Shown in pieces: positions 28,961 to 44,780 of a stretch of DNA of 64,000 bases. Positions within the stretch are counted from its first letter, which is position 1, and every line of letters begins with the position of its first letter. The stretch lies in NCBI RefSeq assembly GCF_009914755.1, contig NC_060936.1, one strand, 5' to 3'. Under the pieces are notes generated by a model that was not told the DNA's origin, did not search any database, and saw nothing but the letters and a program-made list of their open reading frames with translations. A program made the translations under genes and the position numbers. The DNA is from the human T2T-CHM13v2.0 reference genome, Homo sapiens.

Positions 28961-30028
28961 GTGAATACTGAAGACTGGCCTTCCATAAGTCAAATCAAAC
29001 AATAATTTTTAGAACTTCTAAACCAAAATGTGATATAATGCCAGCTACTCTTCCCAGGAAGCAAAAGAAATGACCCCTTACTAAAAGAACAGCAGGTGTC
29101 TGCAGTAGAAGGATCTGGGTCTGGGATGGGGGATGGGAGAGAGAGATTCCGGTAATGTTGCCTCTAGTCTGCTTCTCTATTGCGGGCTGCAGGACGTTGG
29201 GTAACTCAAGAAGGATCTCTGGGCCTCACGTTCCTCCTGTGGGAGATATCAGGGTTGACCTGCATTGATCTTCAAGACTCCTTCCAGAACTAAGATTTTA
29301 TGATAGTTAAAAAATAGCTCTGCCTCCTGATTGCTTTTTTGAACCTATGAGCAAAACCTAGTGAAATGTAACAGCCGAAACTTAACTCATCTAGCTTGGA
29401 GGCAAAAGTAGCTGTGGTTCATACAGGGAAATTATACATCTGTGCATTTAATAAGCCCGCCTCTAAAACGTGGCTTTTTCAAGGGGAAAGTATCAGCCAT
29501 GAGTGGGGACACCATGTGGACAAGGAGAATAGGGAGAGGCCAGTACAAATGACTGCGGCCAGGGGTTAGAAAGGGCCCACACCCAACACTGATGTCAATC
29601 AGCACACATATGACCTTGCCAGGGCTAGAGAGGTGGGAGGCAAATATGTTTACCACTGAAGAGAGAAAACACTGCAGTTTGGAGTCACAGAGCTGAGCAG
29701 GTGAGACTGTAAAGGGAGGCTAGTCACTCATTCTGGAGGCCCCTGTCTTATCACTTATCCCTTAAGCATTGTTGAAAGGTTCCCAGTTCAGCATTGTGAT
29801 GCCCCCTTGAGTGACTTCCCTTAAAGTTCTAAATCCTGGCTTGGGATTCCCAAGCTCGGCACTGCTTTAGCAGCCTCCCTGATATCACATGACTCCACTT
29901 TCCACGAGGAGTCCCAGAGGGTCATGTCAAGTGGGATTTAATCTGAATTCAAAGAAGTCAGGCCATGAAATGAAAACACCTGAGAACTATGTGTCCTAAT
30001 GGCCCATGGGCCCTGCCTTTGCTCCCAG

Positions 30029-30140
30029 TGTGCAGATAGCCTCGGCGGCAACGGGACATGCATTTGTGAGGAGGGCTTCCAAGGCTCCCAGTGTCAGTTC
30101 TGCTCTGATCCCAATAAATACGGACCTCGGTGTAACAAAA
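30029..30140 (+). CDS. STAB2: STAB2 exon M (112 nt): [37 protein letters not shown]
   Basis: tcccag| acceptor, AAA|gtaagt donor; phase 0-1. Confidence 0.95.
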
Positions 30141-30274
30141 GTAAGTGGCACTTCCAGAGCTTCCTTCCACTCCTAAGCAAGGTTCCCTCTCGTGCTGCAG
30201 CAGGGTGCTGGTGCAGGGCTGGTGTCTCAGGACCCCTTTGCTTGGGTTACACCATCATCACAGAGCATTCATTA

Positions 30275-30442
30275 AGCTTTGGTTCTCAAACTGGAGCGTG
30301 TGTCAGAGGGCTGATCCCTGAGCCCCACCTGCAGAGTTTCTGATTCACTAGGCCCCAGTGGGTCTTCAGAATTTGCATTTCTAACAAGTTCCGAGGGGGC
30401 ACTAACGCTGCTGGTCTGGGAAGCACACTTTGAAGACCACTC
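30275..30442. mobile_element. MER5A-like DNA transposon
   Basis: ggttctcaaact...agagtttctgattca...agaatttgcatttctaacaagttcc...cacactttgaagaccact; similar relics near 7590-7767, 15705-15890 and 47652-47775. Confidence 0.75.
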
Positions 30443-30501
30443 TCCAAAAGTTTCTCCACATTCTTGAAGTGATAGTGGGCTCTATATCAGGAAACAGATT
30501 C

Positions 30502-30791
30502 AGGCCAGACACAGTGGCTCACACCTGTAATCCCAGCACTTTGGGAGGCTGAGGTGGGTGGATCACTTGAGGTCAGGAGTTTGAGACCAGCCTGACCAAC
30601 ATAGCAAAACCCCATCTCTACTAAAAATACAAAAATTAGCAGGGTGTGGTGGCAGGTGCCTGTAATCCCAGCTACTCTGGAGGCTGAGGTAGGAGAATGG
30701 TTGAACTCAGGAGGCAGAGGTTGCAGTAAGCTGAGATTGAGCCACTGCACTCCAGCCTGGGTGACAGTGAGATTCCATCTGAAAAAAAAAA
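30502..30791 (+). mobile_element. AluSx-like, full length
   Basis: Sense Alu; imperfect TSD gaa(a/t)cagattca. Confidence 0.94.
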
Positions 30792-32664
30792 GAATCAGAT
30801 TCACTCCCTACCTTTCAGGCAGACCTCTTCCATCAGCTCCTTTATTTGCAAGGCCTGTGGCCTTGGGCAAGTTACTCTACTTCTCTAGGCCTCAGTTTCT
30901 TCATCTGTAAAATGGGGATGATGAAAATAGCAAGTGTCTTTTAAAGTTAGTACAACTTATAAATGGAAACCGCTTGCCTTAGAACCATGCCTAGTACAAA
31001 ACATGTGCCACAAATATTATTATCTCACTATTTTTATCTATTGTTGTTGCTGTTAGTCTAAGTACAGTGACATAAATATCAAGAAGCTTGTAGAACATGT
31101 AGAAAGTTCCACCACAATAGGCATTGAAAAAAATAAAGTTATGCAACCTCAGAAAATGCATTCCCTCATTCTGTTCTTTAAAATGACATCCTGTATATAT
31201 TTAAATAAGCATATGTATATTTTTGACATATATTTCTAAGCTAACAGCTCGTTGTGGAGTCAGACCATCCTGAAGTCCCCACACTCCAGCCTACCAACCG
31301 TCTGATCTCAGAAAACGGCTATTTCTTCACGTATAAAATGAAGATAATAGTGGTACCTACATTATAGTTTGCTGACAGGATTAAATTAGACCATAATTTC
31401 AGGCTTTTGGCACAGAGCTTGCACTGAGCAAGTCATCAATAAGCAAAGCCGCTCCTCTTACTGTCGCTACTAACTCCACACATTTCCTATGAAACACACA
31501 ACCCTTCCGCTCTCCTACCTTATTTGATCTTCACAAATAACTCTCAGGATGGATGGGAAAGCAGAGCACATCAGGGTCGAGGCTACTGAACCCTTTCCAA
31601 TGTTCTTTTTGCCAAATTAGATTTTCATATTAGAGGAAGAAAAAAATCAGGGTTTATCCCAAGGCCTGACAATGTTGGCATTTGTCTGAGGCCAGCCGGG
31701 CAGGACACCAAGGCTGGGATGGGGCGGTGGCCTTCCAGCTGTCACACCTCTCAATCCAGGGCTACGGCTGTGCACAGTCTCATACAGGGGTCTCGTACCT
31801 TGCAAATTAAATGCTGACTTCCCTAAAATTGTATAACAATTCTTTTTTGCTTTAAGTCTGGCTGTGATTTTCCAGCCCCGCTCACTTGTGTTGTTCTCTT
31901 TCCTGGATGATGGCTCCAAGCACCCACACGAATTCCTCTCCCATGAGTCCCTTCTGGGGTGAAACTCCAGATTCCTTTATTTCTGATCATTTTCCAAGCC
32001 CCCCCAGTCCTTGCCAGGTGCCTTTGAAAATCTCCATGTCCTTCTTTCCACTTTCACATGCATAGGAACCTGAGTCTGATGAGGTGGCCCGTGTTACAAT
32101 TTTTAAATACCTACAATTGAAAGCAAATTCAGCAGCTAAGGTTTAAAATGATAACGGTGATATGGAAATGCCAGTTCATATAATGATCTACGGTGTTTAC
32201 ACAGTCACGAACGGAAATGGACTTTGAATCCTGGTTTAAGTTTCTGCCTGGGAATTTAGCAGCAAGTTGGGCAACTTGCTTCCTCTCTCTGGGCCTCAGC
32301 TTCCTCATCTGAAAAATGGGGGATATAAAAGTACCTACCTTCTGGGCCTGGTGACTATTAATGAGATGGTGCATGTGGAAGGCTGACCTAGTGCCTTGAA
32401 TGAAGTCAGTGCCCAAATATCGCCTATTGGTTATCATTGGTTTGATGTGATAGAGTGAAAAACAAACATATTAGCTACTTATCAGGAGTCCTGCCAGCAT
32501 GGGAGATCACTTCTATTTATTCCAGAATATCTTCATGAAAGGTGAGAAATTTCCAGGCTAAACTCTCCAACCAGGAAGTAGTTGAAAATGGAGTTCCTTG
32601 GCCTCTTTCAAAGCGTCACATCCTCTCCCCCACACCCCACACACATATAGATAAAAAGGAGTTC

Positions 32665-32981
32665 TTTTTTCTTTTTTTTTTTATTTGTTTTGTTTTTGAG
32701 ACAGGGTCTCACTCTGTTGACCAGGCTGGAGTACAGAGGTGCAGTCATAGCTCACTATAGCTTCAACCTCCTGGGCTCAAGTGATCCTCCCACCTCTCGG
32801 CCTCTGCAGTAACTGGGACCACAAGCACACACCATCATGCCCGGCTAATTTTTGTGTTTTTTGTAGAGACAGGGTTTCACCATGTTGCCCAGGCTGGTCT
32901 CAAACTCCTGGGCTCAAGCAATCCTCCCACGTCAGCTTCCCGGTGTGCTGGGATTACAGGCATGAGCCACCATGCTCAGCC
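32665..32981 (-). mobile_element. AluJ, full length
   Basis: AluJ diagnostics (ctcctgggctcaag twice); TSD aaaggagttct. Confidence 0.92.
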
Positions 32982-33239
32982 TTAAAGGAGTTCTGAGACC
33001 AAGTTCTTCCCCTCCTGGGTGGGACAAGCAAGCTCTCCAGGGCTGTCCCAGGCACTCTGAGAACACTTGAGACTCCAAGAAATAGCAGCCTAAGTCTTCT
33101 CCCGGCTCAGCCCCGATTCTGCTTTGACAAGAGTGAGTGGGGGGTGAGAAGAGGTGGTCCCTGTCCTCCAGGGTGCTCTGCCTCAGTGCTTGGCTTGTCC
33201 CCAAGGCCTGGACGGATGTCCCTCCTCCTCCTCTTTCAG

Positions 33240-33420
33240 AATGCCTGTGCGTTCACGGAACATGCAATAACAGGATAGACAGCGATGGGGCCTGCCTCAC
33301 TGGCACATGCAGAGACGGCTCTGCCGGGAGACTCTGTGATAAGCAGACCTCAGCCTGTGGGCCCTATGTGCAGTTCTGTCACATCCACGCCACCTGTGAA
33401 TACAGCAATGGGACAGCCAG
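33240..33420 (+). CDS. STAB2: STAB2 exon N (181 nt): (K)[59 protein letters not shown]
   Basis: tttcag| acceptor, CAG|gtaggt donor; phase 1-2. Confidence 0.95.
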
Positions 33421-35129
33421 GTAGGTCTGTGAGGGAATGGCCCTTAATGACGCTGAGTCATTAAGTGTAAGGGGATGGCACTTAATGACGCTGTGTTACC
33501 TGTAGACGGAGCCAACCCATATCTGAACTCTGAACTGAGGCCTGTTATCTCCAGCTGACAGTGTGGTGTTTGTGAAAAGAACCTCAGTCTGAGCTGGGTT
33601 TCAATTGCAGCACTCCCTGCTTTGAAACTTACCAGGTGTGTGACTGTGGGCAAGTTACTTAACCTCTCTGAACCTCACTTTCCTCAACAGTACAGTGAGG
33701 ATGATGATACCTACCAAGCAGGGCAGTTGTGGAGATTAGCAGAACTCAATGCAGAATCACCTAGCACCGGGGCTAGCACATCAAAGATGTTCCATTATGG
33801 AAAAGATAATTATTATCACCACATATGAAAGAAATGAAGATTTGTCCACCAACTTTCTAACCTTTGAAGACACCTTTACTTTTTAAGGCTGTTAATAATT
33901 GCTCCCCTGTTAAAGGCATCTTGCAGGAAATTGGGTCTTTAATCAGTAGGTTGCCATTTGTTTCCTTAATACTGTCTAGCATTCTGCAGTGGGTTTGAGG
34001 GGGAAAATGCCAGAGGAAATTTACCTCTCTGGAAATACCTAGCTCCAAGGCAGTAACCACCTAAATTATCCTGGGAAATGCAGAGGATGTCTGGAATTCT
34101 TGGTCCTCTCCTTGCACTGCTTTTCTTAATTTTTGTTTACATAGTTATTTGTTTTGGTCTGCCTCTCCCACTAGACTATAGGCTATATGAGACAAGAGAC
34201 TGTCTCTTTTCCACAGTTGTACAATAGAAATGCCTTTTCCTAAGGAGTTAGGATCTATATCGGTGCATAAGGCAAAACTACATGTAATCAACATTACCGC
34301 TGAAACCTATGAAATCATCCACAGAGGACTGTCGGCATGGGTCTGTATGAACTATATTGTCTTAGGTAAATCAAACATTATTGGAACAGATCAACCTATT
34401 TCTTCATTTGGACACTAGATAATGTATTTTGTTCCTGTAGGAAGCTTGATACATGAAATATATATTTTTTTAATTTTTGTAAGGCATGTATGACTGAATT
34501 TGCAGTAAGACCTGGGGGTACAATGTCCCCAGCATCTATCATAGGCCACTCAACAAATATTGGTTGAATAGATGAATGAATGGGCCACCTTTAATAGTAA
34601 AAGTGTCATCACGGAACATTTTGAGAGGAGCGTCTGGAAAGGTAATGGGTCAAGAAACCAAGTCAGCTCACAGAAGAGGCACTTGAAAATGTGGTGTTGG
34701 GGGAAAAAACCTCTGAGGGGCCAGAGAATGGGAGAGGATAAGTCTCACCTGATTGTCATTTTCAAATATTTTAAGAGCTGTTGCATAGAAGACAGAGTAG
34801 AACTCTTCTTTGCTGAACCAGAGGTAATAATTAGTATTGAGCAGGAAGAGTTATAAAAAGGCAGGTTCTGGTAAAATAAGAGCAGAGACACTGTCAGGTG
34901 TTGAGATTTATGATCTGCAAGCGCTCTGCTAAACGCTCAGTGTGCATTTGCTCATTTAACCTTCAGCCTTATATGGGAGGTATTAGGCCCATTTTCCTCA
35001 TGAGAAATAAGATCTCTCAGTTGTTAAGGGACTCGTGCAGTGTCACACAACTGCTAAGAAGTGGGCGGGCTTCATTTCCACCCAGGTGTATCTGATTACA
35101 GATCCCAGAAGTACCCCGACCACATTTGA

Positions 35130-35691
<562 letters not shown>

Positions 35692-35823
35692 CTGCCTGGT
35701 TTCTTGTTGGCTTTTTTCAGTTGATTGTTTGGGTTTTTTTAGGAAATCCTGAGGAAAGACATTCCATAGGTCAATGTCTGATCACTTTTCATATGCATGA
35801 AGCATTTGTGTTTAAACCTTGAA

Positions 35824-35925
35824 TTTTTATTTTAACACAGGGTCTCACTCTGTTACCCAGGCTGGAGCACAGTGGTGAAATCATAGCTCACTGCAGCCTC
35901 AAACTCCTGGGCTCAAGTGATCATT
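35824..35925 (-). mobile_element. AluJ/FLAM fragment
   Basis: cagggtctcactctgttacccaggctggag...ctcctgggctcaagtgatc. Confidence 0.8.
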
Positions 35926-36783
35926 TTACTTGATTAGGAAACTGGGATCTAGGGGAGTCAAGTGACCAAGTTCTGTTGTTGGTAGGGGTGTATCCAGAAC
36001 CTACCATTGCTTTCACTAATTCCCTTCAATGATCGCCATCCCCACCTGACCCTAGTCACCTTCATTCCTTACCTATGGTTTAGTAACTGGTTTCTTTGCT
36101 TCCTCTTATCTACCCACAGTGCATTGTCCACTCACAGCCAGAGTGGCTTGAAGTGAATCAGATCATGTTTTTCAGGTTTAAGCCCCTTCAGTAATTTCCT
36201 CTGGCTCTGAGGATAAAATCTAGATGAAACCACCTGACCCCAGCCTACAGATTCCTTTGATTCCCTTTGAGTGAGCCCCATCCCAACCCCATCCCCCTCA
36301 GCCTCAGCTCCGTATCTTGTATCCCTCTCTCCTTCTCATTCTGTCCTCCAGCCTCCTGGTGAGGCTCCTCCTGAGAGGCCCGGGAGCTAGTATAGTGGAG
36401 TTTGGGTTGCCACATTATACAGGCCCGGGTTCATGTCTTTTTATAGCTGCATGACCTTGGGCAACACCTGTTTCCTTAGCTGTAAAATAGAGATAATAAC
36501 AATACTTTCCTCAAGATGATGGTTTACACCTGCAAAACAATATAAACAGTCCCTGGCTTAATAACTAACACAGTGATGTCAGTGGCCATGAGCTGGCCAG
36601 TTCCAAGCAATTTTGTTCTTTAAATGACCTAATCTTTTCATGAATCTCAATGTAAATTAAGCATTTCCACCTCACTCAATGCAAATCTGTGTTTCTGGAA
36701 CATATGTCTGGAAATTCTTATTTTTGGAATCATGTGGCTGGACTGAGGATTCAGAGGCTTTGCTTTTTCTTTTCCTCCTGCAG

Positions 36784-36942
36784 GCAGAATGCATCAAAAC
36801 TGGCACGGGCACCCACACCTGCGTGTGTCAGCAGGGTTGGACAGGGAATGGGAGAGACTGCTCGGAGATCAACAACTGCCTGCTGCCCAGTGCAGGCGGC
36901 TGCCACGACAACGCATCCTGTTTGTATGTGGGTCCCGGGCAG
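36784..36942 (+). CDS. STAB2: STAB2 exon P (159 nt): [53 protein letters not shown]
   Basis: ctgcag| acceptor, CAG|gtaggt donor; phase 0-0. Confidence 0.95.
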
Positions 36943-37689
36943 GTAGGTTGGATGTCATGAGAGCAAAGAGAAAGCAGGAATCCTGCAGTGACTTTGCTTT
37001 CCCCTCAGGACACAGAAGTACTTTGGCTAGAACTTACTGCAGCTTTTTTCAGTCATTCGTGGCAGTGAACATGGGCTCATTGCCACAACAAACCTATGAT
37101 GTATTATTATCCCATCTTATAGAAAAGGAAATTGAGGCAATGAGAAGCTATTTGCATAAATCACATAGAAAATAAATAATAGTGCAAGATTTGCATCCAG
37201 TCTGACTCCAGGGCCGCCCTCTTAGTCACCACCCTGGATCAACCTTATATTTCTATAGCTCTGCAGTGTATTGATCACTTTCACTCACTGTCATTTAATG
37301 GAGGACAACGCAGAGAAGGCTACTGCTTAAAAATTAAGCAGCTCCAGGGGAGGGGCTACCAACTACACTAGGATTGTGGCAATGGAAAAAGAGACAACTG
37401 ATAAGGCTCCCTTCCCCCATCCATCCCCACCTGCTTCCACCTCTTTCCACAGGTAGGACCAACAGGTGTGTTTATAATACAAGGCTAAGGAGGTCAGAAC
37501 ACACGGAAGATGGGAACCAGGATTTTAAATCAACCCCCTTATCTTTTGAATCTTGATACAGTTTCTCACTTTTATGTTTTAGGCTGAACTTTTTTAAAGA
37601 CCTACAAATTATTTTCTGCTCTTTGAGAAATATATTTCTTCCCATGATGATGGCTCTGTTTGAGGAAAGCCTAACCTTGCTCACCATGA

Positions 37690-38175
<486 letters not shown>

Positions 38176-38408
38176 TAAAAATATCCAAGAAGTTTTTAGG
38201 GCCTCCCTCTGTGGCTTTAGGCATCATTCCCACTCACTCCTCCATTCTGCTAGGAATGAGTGATGGAACATCGGTCCTGCGGGCCAGTGCAGGGCTGGAC
38301 ACTTGTGCAGAGACAGTCAGAAGTGTTGGAGCTCCTCTGGGAGCTCATAACTACCAAAGTTAGTGATCTGTACAGAACTCTTTCCAAAGAGACCCCCACA
38401 GGGGGTTA

Positions 38409-38744
<336 letters not shown>

Positions 38745-39004
38745 TTAAAAAGTGGAACTGCTTAGCTAACAGCATGGCATGCTCTCACCCTAGCCCACCT
38801 CCCACTCTTGAAAACTGGTGGGAGATAGAAGCACACTACACCCAGGCAAATCCTCAACGTTGACATGTCTATTTACAGCTAGGGTAAACTATTTCAATAG
38901 ACCACAGAAGGTGCTTCTCGGGGAGTGACAGTTGGCAATGGGACAGGGATAGAAAATCTGTGTCAGGGAGAAATCTTTCAGTTATAACAGAAAACTCAAT
39001 TACT

Positions 39005-39658
39005 TGTGGAAGTGTAAAATGGTACAGCTGCTATGGAAAACAGCACAGCAATTCCCCCAAAAAATTAAAAATGGAATAAGCATATGCTCTAGCAGTTCCA
39101 CTTCTGGGTATACACCCAAAAGAATCAAAAGTGGGACTCAAGCAGATATTTAAGCACCCGTATTCATAGCAGCATTATTCATAGTAGTCAAAAGATGAAC
39201 ACAACCCAATGGCCATTGGCAGATTAATGGATAATCAAAACGTGGTATATGTATACAATGGAATAGCAATCAGCCTTAAAAAGGAAGAAAATGCTGACAC
39301 ATGCTGCAACATGGGTGAACCTTGAAGCTGTGTTGCTAAGTGAAATAAGCCAGAGACAGAAGGACAAATACTGTGTGATTCCACTGCTCTGAGGTTCCTA
39401 GAATAGTCAGGTTCATAGAGACAGAAAGGAGAATGGTGGCTGCCGGGAGCTAGAGTAGGGAGAGGAACGAGGAGTTATTGTGTAACGGGTCTGGAGTTTC
39501 AGTCTGGGAAGATGAAAACAAGTTTGGAGAAGGATGGTAATGATGGTTGTACACGAATGTGAATGTATTTAATGCCCCTTAACTATACATTTTTAAATGG
39601 TTAAAATGATACATTTTCTCATACATATATTTACTTCAATTCTTAAGAAGAAAAAAAA
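39005..39658 (+). mobile_element. L1MB-like 3' fragment, apparently nested in an older MLT1 LTR relic (about 38960-40170)
   Basis: gtgtaaaatggtacagctgctatggaaaacag ... L1M ORF2 end and 3'UTR text; boundaries approximate. Confidence 0.8.
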
Positions 39659-40651
39659 ACTGGTTTAAAAAGAAAAGAGAATGTTTTGGCCCACATGACT
39701 CTAGAGGCCATATATGGATCTAGCTGCTGGTACAACATGATTCAGGGCTCAGAAGGCAGCATAAAGGGTCTGTTTCTTGGCTCAGCTTCTTCCCAGGTTC
39801 CTGGGGTGAGGGATGACCTCCGGCCACTTCCAATTTATACCATTGCAACTCTTAAGCAGAATGGAGTACATTTTCTGGTAACTTCCTCCAAAAAGCCAGG
39901 ATTCATTCTTTCATTGACTCAGATTGAGTGCATCCACACCCATCCTCATTTCCTACCACTCCCATCAGCCCTTGTGCACAATTACAGAAATCAGGCTGGG
40001 GAGGCCCAGGGTGGAAGATGCAGTGATAAGCACAGGCCAAGGCCCTGCACCTCACCCTGGGGTGGAGGAATCAGCCACATTTTATCATGTGGACTAGGAG
40101 AGGGGGAGTGATGGTGTCCCCAGAGCCAAATGGCGTGTAGTTTCCAGAAAGTGAGAGAACAGATGCTAGCCAGACAAAATGAAACAGATGTTCCCTTATC
40201 TATTCATTTGCTCATTCATCCAACACTTCTCAAGTGCCTACACCCACTCAGCCACTAAGCTCAGTGGTGAGGATAAGAGATTACCGTGGCCAGGGCCCTC
40301 AGCCAGACTTGAAGAAATGCGATCTTGTGCGAGGCGACAGACAAACCTATGTATAACGCTAAAGTGATAAATGTTGTAAAAGCCACATAGGGTAAGTCCC
40401 ATGGTCTGGTTGTTCCACAGCGTCTGAGGGCTGCTTTCCTATTTATCTTTTTGATTTCTCTGACAGCAGAGCCTGCTCATGGGTCTGGAGAAAATTAGCT
40501 TTAAAATGTGGCTCCAGGAGTCTTAATTGTGAAAAAGCTCACTGCAGTCTTATGTCTTGCCAAGCACTCAGTAAATAATTGCATTCATTTTTGACGCACT
40601 TGAGTTGGCAGATTGCACTTGAGAAAAGGAAAAAAAAAATGACTTGGTGTC

Positions 40652-41403
<752 letters not shown>

Positions 41404-41988
41404 GTATCTGTCTCCTCTTACAGTATCTGTCTCCTCTCTGCTCTGTCCTCCTTTCTGTAGACAAACTTGAAAAACATCCTGATGGGAAGATGGGAAAAGA
41501 GGGGGGTCTCTTTGTGGTGTTCTATAAGAAACAGAATGGATCAAAAACCCAGGATTCATTCTCTTTCATTGACTCAGATTGAGTGTGTCCACATCCATCC
41601 TCGTTTTCTGATGCTCCCATCAGCCCTTGTGCACAATTACAGAAATCAGGCCAGGGGAGGATCGAGACTGCCCTCGTGTCTAGGATTGCCCTCAGCTGGG
41701 ACTAGTTGGCTTGGAAACTTTTAGACTTTCCAAATGGACACAAACCTTAATTACGAGGAATGCTGCTTTAAAAAGACAAACCGTGCTGGAGCCAAATGTT
41801 TCTAAATTGAACAAAGTGCCTTACAGGCTAGCAATGGCCTCATGCATGCATCTCCACCAAGTGGATACCCCACAGCTTGCTTAACCTTTCTCATTAGGTA
41901 GAAGGGCCATCCAATATGATGCTTTTTAGGCCCAAGTTCTCTCTGAGACTATCTCCATAGGACCCTCTGGAGTAAAGAATTCAGGAAG

Positions 41989-42298
<310 letters not shown>

Positions 42299-42525
42299 TC
42301 AGGAAGAGAGTACCAAGAAACTATCATATTGGAAAATGTAATGTAGAATATGGAGACTAATAACTCTAGAATCTGAAGTGTATCAAGCAAAAGGCATTAA
42401 CACTGTTCTCTGGGACAGCCAAGCAGCTTCAGTTTCCATAGTACGTTTCTCAGTGCTGTGTGAGGGAAAGACATGGAAGGCACTTGCTTTCAATAATCCA
42501 CTTGACTCTGTTCTTAAAATTATAG

Positions 42526-42621
42526 AATGAGTGTGAGTGCAAGAAAGGATTTCGAGGAAATGGGATTGACTGTGAACCAATAACTTCATGCTTGGAACAA
42601 ACCGGGAAATGTCATCCATTG
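42526..42621 (+). CDS. STAB2: STAB2 exon Q (96 nt): [32 protein letters not shown]
   Basis: ttatag| acceptor, TTG|gtgagt donor; phase 0-0. Confidence 0.94.
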
Positions 42622-42813
42622 GTGAGTTATTTAACCTTGTTTTTCATTACTTAAAAAAAAAAAAAAAAACAATGCTTGAGAAAGAAAGATTATTTCCTGT
42701 CTGGCCTAGTGATGAACAAAATCTCTTACCCCCAAAAGGGAATCTCTAAGCAGAATGTGAGTAGTTATTGCAACTTCTACTTCATTCCAAAGCTTGGAAG
42801 AACCAACATATGA

Positions 42814-42994
42814 CTTCCAGGTAAAATACAGAAGTTCTGGTTAAATTTAATTTTGAAGTAAGTAACAAACAATCTTTAAGCACAAGTAAGTCCCAAATAT
42901 GGTGTGGGATAAACTTATAATTACTCATTTTTCACATAAAATTGAAATTTAACAAGTCATTCAATATTTTTATTTGCTAAACCTGGCACCTCTA
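42814..42994. mobile_element. MER53-like palindromic MITE, copy 1
   Basis: ccaggtaaaatacag...gtcccaaatat...atttttatttgctaaacctggca. Confidence 0.75.
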
Positions 42995-43910
42995 AACCAA
43001 CAGTTTAAAGGATAGTTTAAGAGGTAACCGGACTTCCATTTCGAATGTCACAACAGAGTTTTACAAGTTATCGGTGAAAATGCCCATTCAAGGGTAAATG
43101 GTGCCTTGCTTCTCAACTTTGAAAGATCAGGCACAGGTATTAGGGCTGGGGGTGGTTATGCTTTCAAAAGAACGCTAAGCACCAAACATAGGAATCAATG
43201 AAGTCTGATGCCTTAATCACAGTGTTTGGAGTTCCAGGTAACAGAGTCCATGCAGAAGATAAATTTGCTGGGAGGACCCCCAGGGTAGCTCTGGGAATCT
43301 AGAGGCAGGAAGTATAGCTAGACTTCCCAAGAGCCCAGAACCAGGACATGAAGAGAGCAGGATCACCAGAATCTAAGCAGTTTCTTTCCCCAGTCCTCTG
43401 AGACAATGTGACCTCTCGTTTGACTTCCCTCTGTGCATTTTCTTTCTCTCTGCCTCTGTCTCATTCCCCGAACTTGTAGTGCTTCTGTGTACATCTTGAG
43501 GTAAACGGTTCCCCCACCATCAGTGATGCCCTCTAATTTATTAGCACCCCATGTCCCCGTTCAAAATCATAGAGGAAAGGATCTAACTGGCCCAACTGGG
43601 TGCAGGTGTCTACATATGAGTCCGTCAATTGTGGCCAAGAAGTGGGGTTGTTATGAACATAGCTGCCAGGGCCCACCCCTAGTACATGTGCAGGGTGGGG
43701 CGTGGGGGACTAATTCTCTGATAGAAGAAAAATGAGGAGGGAGATGCCCCCAAGGTGTCTGTTACTCAAGAATCTCAAGAACATTTTGCAAAGCTGAAGG
43801 AGCTCTCACACTTCTGCTTGATTTAAGCCCAACCAAGCCCTGACATTCCAGATGTGAGTAGCTATTGCAAGTTTCATTCCATTGCAAAGCTTGGAAGAAC
43901 CAACATATGA

Positions 43911-44096
43911 TTGCCAGATAAAATGCAGGATACCCAATTGAATGTGAATTTCAGATGCACAAGTATGTGTTGAAAAATCTTTCAGCACAAGTATGCCCCA
44001 AATATTGCATGGGCAAACGTATACTCAAACTTACTCATTTATCTGAAACTCTCATTTAACTGTGCATCCTGTATTTTTTTATTTGCTAAATCTGGC
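43911..44096. mobile_element. MER53-like palindromic MITE, copy 2
   Basis: ttgccagataaaatgcagga...ccaaatattgcatggg...atttgctaaatctggca. Confidence 0.8.
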
Positions 44097-44310
44097 AGGG
44101 ATGAGAATAAATAATCGTGATTAATAGCTGCATCAAACATGCAGACAGGAGACTTTCACTGCAACACTAAAGGGTCTATGGGTTACTTCTACCATCTTTC
44201 AGCCCCAAATTTGCAGTTATCACCTTAGATGGAGCCTGTCGTCTCATAGATGTAACTCAGGTCTAACGTTTTTGTTGGGGTAACCATTTCTTTCATCTTG
44301 GTTTTCTCAG

Positions 44311-44406
44311 GCAAGCTGTCAATCTACTTCGTCTGGTGTCTGGAGCTGTGTTTGTCAAGAGGGCTATGAAGGAGATGGCTTTCTGTGCTATGGAAACGCA
44401 GCAGTG
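44311..44406 (+). CDS. STAB2: STAB2 exon R (96 nt): [32 protein letters not shown]
   Basis: tctcag| acceptor, GTG|gtaagt donor; phase 0-0. Confidence 0.95.
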
Positions 44407-44743
44407 GTAAGTCATCGATGATGAACTCAATAATATAGACAAAACCCTTTAAAAACCTCTTAGCTAAGATGCCTTTAAAGTGATCTATTGACATATCTTT
44501 TGCTGCAGGAGATTTTACATGAAGCAAGCTGTTTCTCACAGATGACATACATGCTCTGTGGGTCACGTTTTCTACAGGCTGAAGGCAGCTGGCTTTTTGG
44601 CAGCTTCTGTGTACCAAGCAGTCCTTACTTCTCTTTCTTGATACTCTACCTGTTTCCATTCTCAGACTTCCTAAAGAGCAACTAACTGGCCTCTGCTGGG
44701 TTCACTGGGCTCTCCTGTCTGGGCTACCCTTTGCTTACCCATG

Positions 44744-44744
<1 letters not shown>

Positions 44745-44780
<36 letters not shown>

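Noticed and set aside
30113-30118. AATAAA inside exon M (and inside exon Z at 62482-62487)
   Set aside because: These follow from the codons; no stop codon precedes a plausible cleavage site, unlike the exon T case
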